From NCBI RefSeq assembly GCF_963967315.1, contig NZ_OZ017288.1, forward strand, positions 150,001 to 182,000: 32,000 nt of DNA, written 5' to 3'. A program made the translations under genes and the position numbers. Below, in pieces: positions 1-7,437 of this stretch. The notes below the pieces were generated by a model. That model did not search any database. It saw nothing but the letters and a program-made list of their open reading frames with translations, and was not told where the DNA came from. This DNA is from Candidatus Minimicrobia sp. QA0096 (GTDB taxonomy: Bacteria; Patescibacteriota; Saccharimonadia; Saccharimonadales; Saccharimonadaceae). Each line of letters begins with the position of its first letter. Position 1 is the stretch's first letter.

Positions 1-1323
1 AATTATCTGAATATGCAATTAGATATTTTTGCAAAGGATAATATCGCCTACGATTGCTTTAAAGAGTTCTATTACGAGCATGGATATACCAATCAGTCTA
101 TGCTAGAAGAGCTAAAACATTATTCTGAATTATACAGAGCATTTCAGGGTGGCGAGAACGAGTTTTCAAGAAAAACAAATAGTCTCCTCGGCGGTCTTAG
201 AGATTTAAAACAGACAACAATTTACGTATTCTTATTTAGAGTTTTTGATGATCGTCTTAATGGAATTATCGACGACGAGACACTAGAAAAAGTCCTTGAG
301 TTCTTCCTAAACTACAGTGTAAGGCGTTTAGCTTGCGAAATCGGCTCAAACTCTTTACGCGGCCTATATAAGACACTCTATAAGCGTATCTTCAATAAAG
401 AGGAAAACAAGAATTATTATTATGATTCAATCGTATGTTTCTTTACTCAGCTGAACTCCGGCGATAAATTCCCAACGAACTCTGAGTTTTTGGTCGCTCT
501 TCGTGAAAAAGATATATATCATAAACCAGATTTACGAAGATATCTCCTCTCCACTATAGAAAACTACGGTTCTAAAGAAAAGCTTGAAATCAATAGCGAT
601 ATTACTATCGAGCATATAATGCCACAGAAATTATCATCCGATTGGCAGAGGATGATTGGTGATAATTGGCAAAATGATCACGCAGAATATCTCCATACAT
701 TAGGCAATCTCACTCTTACTGGATATAATAGCGAGTTATATAATAAGCCATTTAGTGAAAAGAAGAAATTACTAGAAGAATACGGAGCAAAGATTAAAAC
801 TCTTAATATCGATGTTCTAGATAAGGAAGTTTGGAATATTGAATACATCAAAGCTCGTGCTTTGAGACTCGCAAATAAAGTTCTTGAAATATTCAGCTAT
901 CCCGAATCTTCTTTCGATATTTCATTTAAGGATCCGAGATATAAAGAATATGGGTGCGAAGACGCGGATACGGCAACGAACAAGAGCGTTGAATACTTTA
1001 TGCTACAGGGAGAAAAAAATTACGTTACAAGCTTCGCCGATATGCTAAGAATTATAATCAAAAAACTTTACGACGAAGATCCTAGCGTAATTGAAGAGAT
1101 GGCTAGAACGAACAGTCAAATAGTTAGCTGGTCAAAGAATGTGATGTTCTCCTATGAGCCTGGCGTCACGAGTGGCGACCAAAAGATTGATGGCACAGAT
1201 ATTTACGTATCTGAGGGCTTTTCAGCCGCTTATATTATTTGTATCATCAGGTCATTGTTGGAAAACTACGGAATTGAACTCGATGAGTTTAGCTACAGTG
1301 CGAGAAACGTAAAAGCTGCTTGA
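1..1323 (+). CDS. DUF262/DUF1524-family (GmrSD-like) His-Me/HNH nuclease, C-terminal part; the 5' end lies outside the window
   Basis: The frame is open from base 1, so the ATG at 13 is probably internal. The motifs DITIEHIMPQ...HTLGNLTLTGYNSELYN match the DUF1524 H-x2-P / GNL signature. A roughly 140-aa C-terminal tail of unknown function follows. The stop is TGA at 1321-1323. Confidence 0.6.
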   Translation, partial: NYLNMQLDIFAKDNIAYDCFKEFYYEHGYTNQSMLEELKHYSELYRAFQGGENEFSRKTNSLLGGLRDLKQTTIYVFLFRVFDDRLNGIIDDETLEKVLEFFLNYSVRRLACEIGSNSLRGLYKTLYKRIFNKEENKNYYYDSIVCFFTQLNSGDKFPTNSEFLVALREKDIYHKPDLRRYLLSTIENYGSKEKLEINSDITIEHIMPQKLSSDWQRMIGDNWQNDHAEYLHTLGNLTLTGYNSELYNKPFSEKKKLLEEYGAKIKTLNIDVLDKEVWNIEYIKARALRLANKVLEIFSYPESSFDISFKDPRYKEYGCEDADTATNKSVEYFMLQGEKNYVTSFADMLRIIIKKLYDEDPSVIEEMARTNSQIVSWSKNVMFSYEPGVTSGDQKIDGTDIYVSEGFSAAYIICIIRSLLENYGIELDEFSYSARNVKAA

Positions 1324-1324
1324 G

Positions 1325-1353
1325 AAAAAGCCACCTCTACCGGGCGGCTTTTA
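1325..1353. terminator. bidirectional hairpin between convergent genes
   Basis: AGCCACC (1329-1335) pairs with GGCGGCT (1343-1349) with one mismatch. It is flanked by an A-run (1325-1329) and a T-run (1349-1352). Confidence 0.4.
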
Positions 1354-1580
1354 GGTACGCGGCCATCGCTTCTTTCACACTGCATTCCGGAATGTTCCCA
1401 AGAGTTTCGACTATCTGGGTAGCTAAGCCACCTAAAGACCGTAATCGGCGCTCGCGACGAGTGATGCGATCATCAGAAAGTTCGTCGATCTTGCGATTGA
1501 TTTGACCGACACTCTAAATAATCGTGTCCATTTTTGTTTCGAGCTTCGGCCACCTTAACTTCCAAATTCTCAGTAGTCAC
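1337..1580 (-). pseudogene. small ORF interrupted by a +1 frameshift (about 80 aa if joined); unknown function
   Basis: AGGAG lies 5 nt upstream of the GTG at 1580. Frame A reads (M)TTENLEVKVAEARNKNGHDYLE... and ends at TGA. Frame B continues as SVGQINRKIDELSDDRITRRERRLRSLGGLATQIVETLGNIPECSVKEAMAAYLKAAR*. The total length of 244 nt is not a multiple of 3. Confidence 0.25.
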
Positions 1581-1705
1581 ATTTGCTCCTAGGCTTTAGT
1601 TCGGCCATATAAAAAACGGTCATATAATGTCGCAACTTTCGGAGCAATAAGAGCGTCTATAAACTTATTGCTCATGTATATTATATCGCAAATAGCAATT
1701 TTGTA

Positions 1706-1714
1706 TGGTAGAAT
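1706..1714 (+). promoter_or_regulatory. extended -10 promoter (TGgTAGAAT), 6 nt upstream of the ATG at 1721
   Basis: The sequence is TGGTAGAAT-tgaaat-ATG, with no SD in the spacer. Confidence 0.4.
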
Positions 1715-1720
1715 TGAAAT

Positions 1721-2137
1721 ATGGGTTTCAGATTCAGAAGATCTGTAAAAATAATACCTGGCGTAAAGCTTAACTTTTCTAAGCGAGGCGTTTCTACTAC
1801 GCTTGGTGTGAAAGGTGCTCGTTATACTATGGGAAGTGGAGGTCGACGAACGGCATCGGTCGGTATTCCCGGCACTGGTATTTCGTACGTGACTACGCAG
1901 AATAAACATGCTGTAAAAAAGTTATCACAAAATACAGCTGGATATCACTCCAAAACAATAACGCTAATACTATGCCTTATGCTTGGACTATTAGGAGTAC
2001 ATCGCTTCTATGTTGGTAAAAAAGGAACTGGTATACTTTGGCTGTTCTCTGCCGGTGGTTTTATTATTGGTTGGATAATAGATATTTTGGCAATATTGAA
2101 TGGAAGCTTTACTGATAGCTTAGGTCGTCCTCTGTGA
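1721..2137 (+). CDS. DUF4236 domain fused to a TM2-domain membrane protein
   Basis: The N-terminus MGFRFRRSVKIIPGVKLNFSKRGVSTTLGVKGARYT...GIPGTGISY is DUF4236-like. The C-terminus GLLGVHRFYVGKKGTGILWLFSAGGFIIGWIIDIL is TM2-domain-like, with two TM helices. Confidence 0.75.
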   Translation: MGFRFRRSVKIIPGVKLNFSKRGVSTTLGVKGARYTMGSGGRRTASVGIPGTGISYVTTQNKHAVKKLSQNTAGYHSKTITLILCLMLGLLGVHRFYVGKKGTGILWLFSAGGFIIGWIIDILAILNGSFTDSLGRPL

Positions 2138-2144
2138 TAAAATA

Positions 2145-2153
2145 TGTTATAAT
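2145..2153 (+). promoter_or_regulatory. extended -10 promoter (TGtTATAAT) for the 2215 ORF
   Basis: TGTTATAAT lies immediately after the upstream stop codon. The leader contains the hairpin GATCC-tgaaag-GGATC and an SD (GAGG). Confidence 0.35.
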
Positions 2154-2214
2154 ACTTATAGTTAGTTGCGATCCTGAAAGGGATCTCTTTTTATTATTAA
2201 GGCTGAGGTTAGAA

Positions 2215-2571
2215 ATGCCAAACAATATATCTCTCAAAAGTCTTGAGTTAGTTACGACACTTCGTGTACTTAGCAATAGACTAGTCGACAGAAAAAGCTG
2301 TCAATATAAAACAGCATATTATTATCGAGAAGTGCTAGAGCAGTGCATGTTTGCTCTAGAAAATATTTTAATTGAGCGTGGCTTAAATAAAGAATTTTGG
2401 GCGCGCATTCGTGGCGATAGGCTATTCCTTTTCTATTTACCATTAAAACGTATTGGCATAGAAGTTAGGACAGTGACTGATGACGCGCCGGGAATAATCT
2501 TCGTAAAAACTTCTATATGCAATTTATTGGCTGTAGAGGAAAAGTCCTGTCGAAAACAATCGCTGATTTGA
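2215..2571 (+). CDS. hypothetical protein (118 aa)
   Basis: The ATG at 2215 is preceded by GAGG 7 nt upstream. The ORF-track version starts at the GTG at 2134, which overlaps the upstream stop (GTGA), and remains an alternative. I recognised no family. Confidence 0.45.
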   Translation: MPNNISLKSLELVTTLRVLSNRLVDRKSCQYKTAYYYREVLEQCMFALENILIERGLNKEFWARIRGDRLFLFYLPLKRIGIEVRTVTDDAPGIIFVKTSICNLLAVEEKSCRKQSLI

Positions 2572-2622
2572 TTGAGATTCTTGAAGAGTCTAGTCAGCAA
2601 TACCAAAGAAAAAGGAGTCAAT

Positions 2623-2748
2623 ATGAGCAACATCATCAACGTAACGCCAAACAGCAGCGGACGAATCGTTGTATGCCTATACGACACAAAGACGGACATA
2701 ACAGAATTTACACGGTATAACCTTAAACTAATCACTAGTCCTACATAA
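2623..2748 (+). CDS. hypothetical small protein (41 aa), not in the ORF track
   Basis: A strong SD (AAAGGAG) lies 6 nt upstream of the ATG at 2623. The product is MSNIINVTPNSSGRIVVCLYDTKTDITEFTRYNLKLITSPT*, with TAA at 2746-2748. Confidence 0.3.
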   Translation: MSNIINVTPNSSGRIVVCLYDTKTDITEFTRYNLKLITSPT

Positions 2749-2852
2749 CTTCACTCCATAGACTGCTTTCGTTCTTGGTTAGCCAAGGTGCTAGGTAGGT
2801 TTTTCTAACCCTACGGATTCATCAAGTTTTGACTGCTAATTGACGACTCCGA

Positions 2853-2912
2853 TGGAAACAAAAAACCTCTCCCGGTGCTACACTACATAATAGTGTAAGA
2901 CCAAAAGAGGTT
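2853..2912 (-). terminator. intrinsic terminator downstream of tRNA-Thr(GGU)
   Basis: On the minus strand the outer stem is AACCTCT/AGAGGTT (2906-2912 with 2864-2870). The inner stem is TTACACTA/TAGTGTAG. TTTTTGTTT follows. Confidence 0.55.
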
Positions 2913-2923
2913 AATCTTCGATA

Positions 2924-2999
2924 TGGAGCCACGATCGGGGCTTGAACCCGAGACCTCATCCTTACCATGGATGCGCTCTACCAACTGAGCTATCGCGGC
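2924..2999 (-). tRNA. tRNA-Thr (anticodon GGU), CCA encoded
   Basis: The cloverleaf was folded by hand: acceptor GCCGCGA/TCGTGGC, D stem GCTC/GAGC, anticodon stem CATCC/GGATG with loop AUGGUAA, T stem TCGGG/CCCGA with loop TTCAAGC, and a 3' TCCA. Confidence 0.95.
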
Positions 3000-3011
3000 G
3001 TAACAGGCTTA

Positions 3012-3041
3012 ATTTTAGCATATTAAACCGTGTTTAATCAA
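3012..3041 (-). promoter_or_regulatory. promoter for tRNA-Thr(GGU)
   Basis: On the minus strand, TTGATT is followed by 18 nt and then TGcTAAAAT. The tRNA 5' end lies 12 nt downstream. Confidence 0.45.
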
Positions 3042-3047
3042 CCGAGT

Positions 3048-3353
3048 TTATTTCTTACGAGTGGATTTCTTGACTGACGTGCTGACTTCTTTTGGCAGTT
3101 TTGGCGTGACAAACGCTTCTATTATTCCCCACGCTATGCTATTGACCAAGAACGTAACGAACAATATTCCTGAAGCTGACGCGGCCAAGTGTGCTGACGA
3201 AGCGTTAAATAATGTCAATAATCCCGCCACGGCTAGCCCGATTATAGCCAGCATGATATAAGCGTATTGTAGTTTTAATCTTTGGTTTTTTTCGCTATTC
3301 CATAATGTCAGGATAGATTTTGTAAATTCAAACATGTCCATATAATAGCACAT
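3048..3353 (-). CDS. small membrane protein (2 predicted TM helices), hypothetical
   Basis: Hydrophobic segments are YAYIMLAIIGLAVAGLLTLF and GILFVTFLVNSIAWGIIEAF, followed by a basic C-terminus. The start is uncertain, with ATGs at 3353, 3341 and 3335. Confidence 0.5.
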   Translation of the reverse strand: MCYYMDMFEFTKSILTLWNSEKNQRLKLQYAYIMLAIIGLAVAGLLTLFNASSAHLAASASGILFVTFLVNSIAWGIIEAFVTPKLPKEVSTSVKKSTRKK

Positions 3354-3390
3354 ATGTTTATAAAAGTCAATACTATAGCCCTTTCTTGTC

Positions 3391-3414
3391 TAAAAAATCG
3401 CCCGTAAAGGCGAT
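3391..3414 (-). terminator. intrinsic terminator after the tRNA-Thr/Tyr pair
   Basis: On the minus strand, ATCGCC-tttacg-GGCGAT is followed by TTTTTT. Confidence 0.6.
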
Positions 3415-3424
3415 AATTCAATCT

Positions 3425-3509
3425 TGGTGCTGGAAGTAGGACTCGAACCTACGAAGCCTTACGGCGGGAGATTTACAGTCTCCTGTGATTGCCACTACAC
3501 GATTCCAGC
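3425..3509 (-). tRNA. tRNA-Tyr (anticodon GUA), long variable arm, CCA encoded
   Basis: Acceptor GCTGGAA/TTCCAGC, anticodon stem GGAGA/TCTCC with loop CUGUAAA, variable arm GCC-GTAA-GGC, T stem GTAGG/CCTAC, and a 3' ACCA. Confidence 0.95.
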
Positions 3510-3515
3510 GTGATA

Positions 3516-3592
3516 TGGAGCCGCTTCTCGGGCTCGAACCGAGGACCTACGGTTTACAAAACCGTTGCTCTAGCCAACTGAGCTAAAGCGGC
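3516..3592 (-). tRNA. tRNA-Thr (anticodon UGU), CCA encoded
   Basis: Acceptor GCCGCTT/AAGCGGC, D stem GCTC/GAGC, anticodon stem ACGGT/ACCGT with loop UUUGUAA, T stem CTCGG/CCGAG, and a 3' TCCA. Confidence 0.95.
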
Positions 3593-3602
3593 AACTGAAT
3601 TT

Positions 3603-3631
3603 ATTTTATCAATTTTTTCTCTCTGTGACAA
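3603..3631 (-). promoter_or_regulatory. promoter for the tRNA-Thr(UGU)-Tyr unit
   Basis: On the minus strand, TTGTCA is followed by 17 nt and then TAAAAT. The tRNA 5' end lies 10 nt downstream. Confidence 0.5.
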
Positions 3632-3635
3632 GAGT

Positions 3636-4322
3636 TTACATAACTATTTTTCGTGGTTGATGTATTTTACGCTGCTGGCGTGGGCGCGGTACTTCAGTTT
3701 TACTATTTGTCGGCGCTACGGGAGCGATCATTTTTGTGGCTTTCTTGCGTAATTCTTCAGCTAATTCAGCCTGTCCGGCATTGTCGTAGGCCTCCGCTAG
3801 GATCTTCAGGGTTTGAGGAATCGGCTCCAGCTCAACAGCCTTTTCCAGTGCATTAATAACCTTCTTCGTGTTCCCTATTTTTTCCTGAACTTTGGCATAA
3901 GCGATGTAGCGCGCAGCCAAATCATCTTCCATCTCCAATGCCTGCTCAAATGCTAGCGACGCCTTTTCATAGTTCTCTGTTTCGTAATAAATTAAGCCGA
4001 CATTATGAAGACTCGAAGCGCTTGGTTCGAGACTCTGAGCGATCTCAAAGCATTCGATAGCATCTTTATACGCCTTCTGCTTGGCATATAAAATTCCCAA
4101 ACGGTTATATGCAGTGGCATTTTTCTCATCGACGCGTAAGATTGTCAGCAGAGCTTTTTCTGCGCGCAGGTACTTATTCTCGCGAATCGATTCTTGGGCA
4201 ATTTCCCATAATTGATCAAGTTTATTAGTGATCTTAGTTGGCAAATCGCCAGTTTCTTTAATTGACGGATGATAGAAAATCGCCCAAATCATTAAAATTA
4301 GAATGAGGAGTAATCCAAACAT
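3636..4322 (-). CDS. membrane-anchored TPR-repeat protein
   Basis: An N-terminal TM helix (MFGLLLILILMIWAIF) is followed by several TPR-like 34-aa repeats (AYNRLGILYAKQKAYKDAIECFEIAQSLEP and similar). Confidence 0.75.
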   Translation of the reverse strand: MFGLLLILILMIWAIFYHPSIKETGDLPTKITNKLDQLWEIAQESIRENKYLRAEKALLTILRVDEKNATAYNRLGILYAKQKAYKDAIECFEIAQSLEPSASSLHNVGLIYYETENYEKASLAFEQALEMEDDLAARYIAYAKVQEKIGNTKKVINALEKAVELEPIPQTLKILAEAYDNAGQAELAEELRKKATKMIAPVAPTNSKTEVPRPRQQRKIHQPRKIVM

Positions 4323-4332
4323 ATCTATACTA

Positions 4333-5142
4333 TTATATCACAAGTTGCGTAAGCGCCAGTCTGACGTTGGCGTTGGATTTTAATGCGCTCGCAACAGAGG
4401 TGGTTTTTTCAAGTTGCTCTTCAAGCGACGGATTTGTTCCGCGCGATAAAGATTGAAAACGAATCATATTTACTATAATATCCGTCAACAATATCGCTTT
4501 TTGGCGGTCAGAAAAGTATTTGACGAGATTCTTAAATGTGTCGTATTCTCGATTTGTGGCTAAAATTTGCTTTGCGTCTGTGGCTAATTGTCGATATTCG
4601 GCGAATTTTTCTGGATTTTCCGCCAACTCTTTAATCAACAATGGGCGCCCAGCCGCCAAAAAAAGAATTTGCTGGCTGGAAGCTGGGTCTAAATTGTACT
4701 TTTCAAGCAGTTTTTTATCTTGGGCGGATGTCGTTTTATGAAGTGTCAACGTCTGGCAGCGAGATCTAACAGTATCAAGCATCAACTTCGGGTTTTCCGC
4801 GACAAGGATAAAATTGGTATTTTTATTCGGTTCTTCCAGTGCTTTCAGGAATGCATTTTGCGACGGCTCGGTCATTGAATCGGCTTCGTCAATGACAATA
4901 ACTCGACGATTTATGGCGTAAGTTCGGAGTTTAGAGATGAGCTCGCGGATTTGATCAACAGATATGGTTTGCTTTTCTGGAAGCGGTTTCAAATGAAAAG
5001 TATCGTTATTCTTTGCTAATATTTGAGCCACGCCTAGTCCATCAAGCCCGTAATCCGCAATTACCAAAAGCGCGTGCGGCAATTGCGATGAAATCTGGCT
5101 GATTTTTTGAGCGTCTCGAGCAGATATAATCACTTCAGACAT
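4333..5142 (-). CDS. holB: DNA polymerase III delta-prime subunit (clamp-loader AAA+ with a degenerate P-loop)
   Basis: FLKALEEP and VRSRCQ (sensor-1/SRC) motifs are present, and the P-loop region is degenerate (ADYGLDGLGVAQ). The size is 269 aa. Confidence 0.7.
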   Translation of the reverse strand: MSEVIISARDAQKISQISSQLPHALLVIADYGLDGLGVAQILAKNNDTFHLKPLPEKQTISVDQIRELISKLRTYAINRRVIVIDEADSMTEPSQNAFLKALEEPNKNTNFILVAENPKLMLDTVRSRCQTLTLHKTTSAQDKKLLEKYNLDPASSQQILFLAAGRPLLIKELAENPEKFAEYRQLATDAKQILATNREYDTFKNLVKYFSDRQKAILLTDIIVNMIRFQSLSRGTNPSLEEQLEKTTSVASALKSNANVRLALTQLVI

Positions 5143-6288
5143 CTATAAATCCTCTGGGAAGAATTTCTTGAATTCGTCAGGAACTATGGCTTCAAAAACT
5201 TTTCTCTCACCAGACGGCAAAGTTATCTCTAATTTTTGAGCATGCAACATCATACGACAATCCGAAGACTTTCCATAAACTCGATCGCCAAGAATCGGCG
5301 CATTCAAATGAGCCAAATGGACGCGCAATTGATGAGTTCGACCAGTGGTCGGCTTCAACTCCACAAGCGACTGAGCATCATTTTCCGCCAAAACATGGTA
5401 AGTCGTCTGAGCTGGTTTCCCGTTTGGATCTATGCGAAACGTGCTCGGCGCTGAAGGATTGCGACCAATTGGCAGATCAATTTTTGCGGCATTCAACTTT
5501 GGCTTGCCGTCGGTTATCGCTATGTAGGTTTTCTTGGCGGTTCGCTCGGCAAATTGCCTCTGTAGATGCGCGGCAGATTCTGGGTTTTTGGCGATAATCA
5601 GTAGTCCCGAAGTGTCGCGATCAAGCCTATGAACAATTCCCGGACGATCGGTATCCGTTGCGAATGAGGTTTTGGGGCGAATTATCTCCGCAACAGTCGG
5701 CTCGTCAGAAAGTCCGCCCTTCGCGTGCGTCAGTAGCCCGCTTGGTTTATTAACAACAATCACATCATCATCCTCGTATAAAATCGGTAAATCAACGTCC
5801 GTCTGCTCTTTTTCTGGCAAATTAAGCGCAATTTCATCAGTTTCATCAACCTCAAACTTCGGCGTTGTCGCGACTTTATTATTGACCGAAACGTATCCAG
5901 CTTTTATGTATTTTTGCCAAAGACTTCGGGAAATTGTCGTGTCGAATTTGGTCGATAAATAAATATCCAAGCGTACCTTAGTTGGCGAAATTTTGAACAT
6001 TATGACATACTTTCCTTGGAACGGCGTTTCGATAAATTTTGGGTCTAGCGGATTCGGTAAAATCTCGGCATTATCTGGTTTTTCCGTCCACAATTCGTCA
6101 ATAGATTCTTCGTCGACAATCGAACCGTAAAGCAGCGCAAAATGTTGCTTATTCAAAATAAATTCCGCAAAAACATGAGATTTGTCTGTTTGAATCTCTA
6201 GCCGACGCAGTGATTTGACGGGCGTATTGTCGTCCGCTAATTTGTACAATCTAGCTATTTTCAGCACTGTTCGAGGTAATATTTTCAC
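5143..6288 (-). CDS. RluA-family 23S rRNA pseudouridine synthase (RluD-like, S4 domain) with a roughly 100-aa N-terminal extension
   Basis: The catalytic motif HRLDRDTSGLLI and the RTHQLRVH motif are present. An S4-like segment is RLDIYLSTKF..SRSLWQKYIKAGYVSVN. The GTG start at 6288 has GGGAG 8 nt upstream. Confidence 0.85.
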   Translation of the reverse strand: MKILPRTVLKIARLYKLADDNTPVKSLRRLEIQTDKSHVFAEFILNKQHFALLYGSIVDEESIDELWTEKPDNAEILPNPLDPKFIETPFQGKYVIMFKISPTKVRLDIYLSTKFDTTISRSLWQKYIKAGYVSVNNKVATTPKFEVDETDEIALNLPEKEQTDVDLPILYEDDDVIVVNKPSGLLTHAKGGLSDEPTVAEIIRPKTSFATDTDRPGIVHRLDRDTSGLLIIAKNPESAAHLQRQFAERTAKKTYIAITDGKPKLNAAKIDLPIGRNPSAPSTFRIDPNGKPAQTTYHVLAENDAQSLVELKPTTGRTHQLRVHLAHLNAPILGDRVYGKSSDCRMMLHAQKLEITLPSGERKVFEAIVPDEFKKFFPEDL

Positions 6289-6300
6289 GCGACTTACTCC

Positions 6301-7410
6301 CTATTTTCGAAGCCCTACGGCTTTTTGAACGCGATACAAAGTTTCATTAGCGACGACATTCATGTCTTTCTCACTGGAAGCCAGCTTTTCTTCAATTGCT
6401 CGCTCATCAACTGCCGCAAGTCGATTATGGAAATTCTCCAAAAATCCCGCAACTTCGTCGGCCACGATTCGCTTGAAATCGCCATAACGATCCATACCGA
6501 AGTACTCGTTGACGGTCTGCTCCAGAGTAACTTCCCTGCCAGCGTCTTGCCGAACCAAAGTCAAAATTTCCAGCAAATTAGAAATTCCAGGCTGATTTTC
6601 CTTGTCGTATTGAACTTTGCCAATTGAATCTGTTGTTGCACTCATTATTTTCTTATGTGCCGATTTTGGATCGTCAGAAAGGAAAATAACTCCCTTGCCA
6701 CTCTCGTCAGATTTGCTCATTTTCTTCGCTGGATTCACGAGATCTTTAATCCTCAATCCTTGGTCTTTTCCGAAGAATTGATGTTGCTGAATTACGGGTT
6801 TCGGCACGATAAATAGATCACCAAATTTACGATTCATTCGCTCGGCAATATCACGAGTGAACTCCAAATGCTGAGTCTGGTCGTCGCCAACCGGCACGTA
6901 AGTTGCGCCGTAAAGTAGAATGTCGGCAGCCATCAGGACGGGATAGTTAAATAGTCCGACGGAGATACTTCTGTCTATAGTGTCCCAAATTCTCTGTTCG
7001 TCAGACATTTCCCCCTTGGTTATTTTACTATCAAGAAACTTACGCGATTTGTCTTTGAACTGTGTCATTATGCTCATCCTGCCAAACCCAGTGAAGCAAT
7101 CTAAAATCCATGTTAGCTCACTGTGAGCTGGGATATAACTTTGGCGATATAGATGAATGGAGGGATTGTCCAACGACAATCCAGCGGCGGCGTAAACTCG
7201 CGCGTTATTTAGGACGCTGTCGTATAACTTGCTGTGGTCAATTGGCGTAGTAAAACTGTGGAGATCTGGGATGAATAGATTGATATCGTATTCGTCCGAG
7301 CGACGTTTCGCCATGTTAATAATCGGCAAGATAGCCCCAAAGTAATTACCTATGTGGATGTTATTGTTGGCGCGCACGCCAGTGAGGATAACGGGTTTTG
7401 ATGGTTTCAT
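6301..7410 (-). CDS. trpS: tryptophanyl-tRNA synthetase
   Basis: The class I HIGH motif (NIHIGNYFGA) and KMSKS motif (KKMSKSD) are present, and the overall layout matches TrpRS. Confidence 0.9.
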   Translation of the reverse strand: MKPSKPVILTGVRANNNIHIGNYFGAILPIINMAKRRSDEYDINLFIPDLHSFTTPIDHSKLYDSVLNNARVYAAAGLSLDNPSIHLYRQSYIPAHSELTWILDCFTGFGRMSIMTQFKDKSRKFLDSKITKGEMSDEQRIWDTIDRSISVGLFNYPVLMAADILLYGATYVPVGDDQTQHLEFTRDIAERMNRKFGDLFIVPKPVIQQHQFFGKDQGLRIKDLVNPAKKMSKSDESGKGVIFLSDDPKSAHKKIMSATTDSIGKVQYDKENQPGISNLLEILTLVRQDAGREVTLEQTVNEYFGMDRYGDFKRIVADEVAGFLENFHNRLAAVDERAIEEKLASSEKDMNVVANETLYRVQKAVGLRK

Positions 7411-7417
7411 TAGATAT

Positions 7418-7426
7418 ATTATAACA
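7418..7426 (-). promoter_or_regulatory. extended -10 (TGtTATAAT), 7 nt upstream of the trpS ATG
   Basis: On the minus strand the sequence is TGTTATAAT-atatcta-ATG, with no SD. Confidence 0.4.
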
Positions 7427-7437
7427 TTATTCGGCCA

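Noticed and set aside
1320-1505. 61-aa plus-strand ORF (MRKSHLYRAAFRY...)
   Set aside because: It has an Arg/Ser-rich, low-complexity composition and no SD. It lies antisense to the more protein-like minus-strand frames at 1337-1580, so it is probably a shadow ORF.
1642-1673. 10-bp perfect inverted repeat GAGCAATAAG-N12-CTTATTGCTC in the divergent intergenic region
   Set aside because: The stem is AT-rich and no U-tract follows on either strand. Roughly one such hairpin is expected by chance in 32 kb when loop length is left free. It could be an operator, but the sequence alone does not support that.
1589-1909. 106-aa minus-strand ORF overlapping the start of the DUF4236 gene
   Set aside because: It runs antisense to a gene with clear domain signatures. 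Its composition is Ser/Arg/Thr-rich and it has no start context.
2433-2735. 100-aa minus-strand ORF and 67-aa plus-strand ORF (2517-2720)
   Set aside because: Both overlap the better-supported plus-strand genes at 2215-2571 and 2623-2748 (SD-preceded), and both have implausible composition.
2749-2865. Possible small RNA in the 115-nt gap before the tRNA terminator
   Set aside because: I found only short 5-bp hairpins (CTTGG-ttag-CCAAG; GTAGG...CCTAC). There is no promoter and terminator pair and no resemblance to an RNA family I can recognise by eye.
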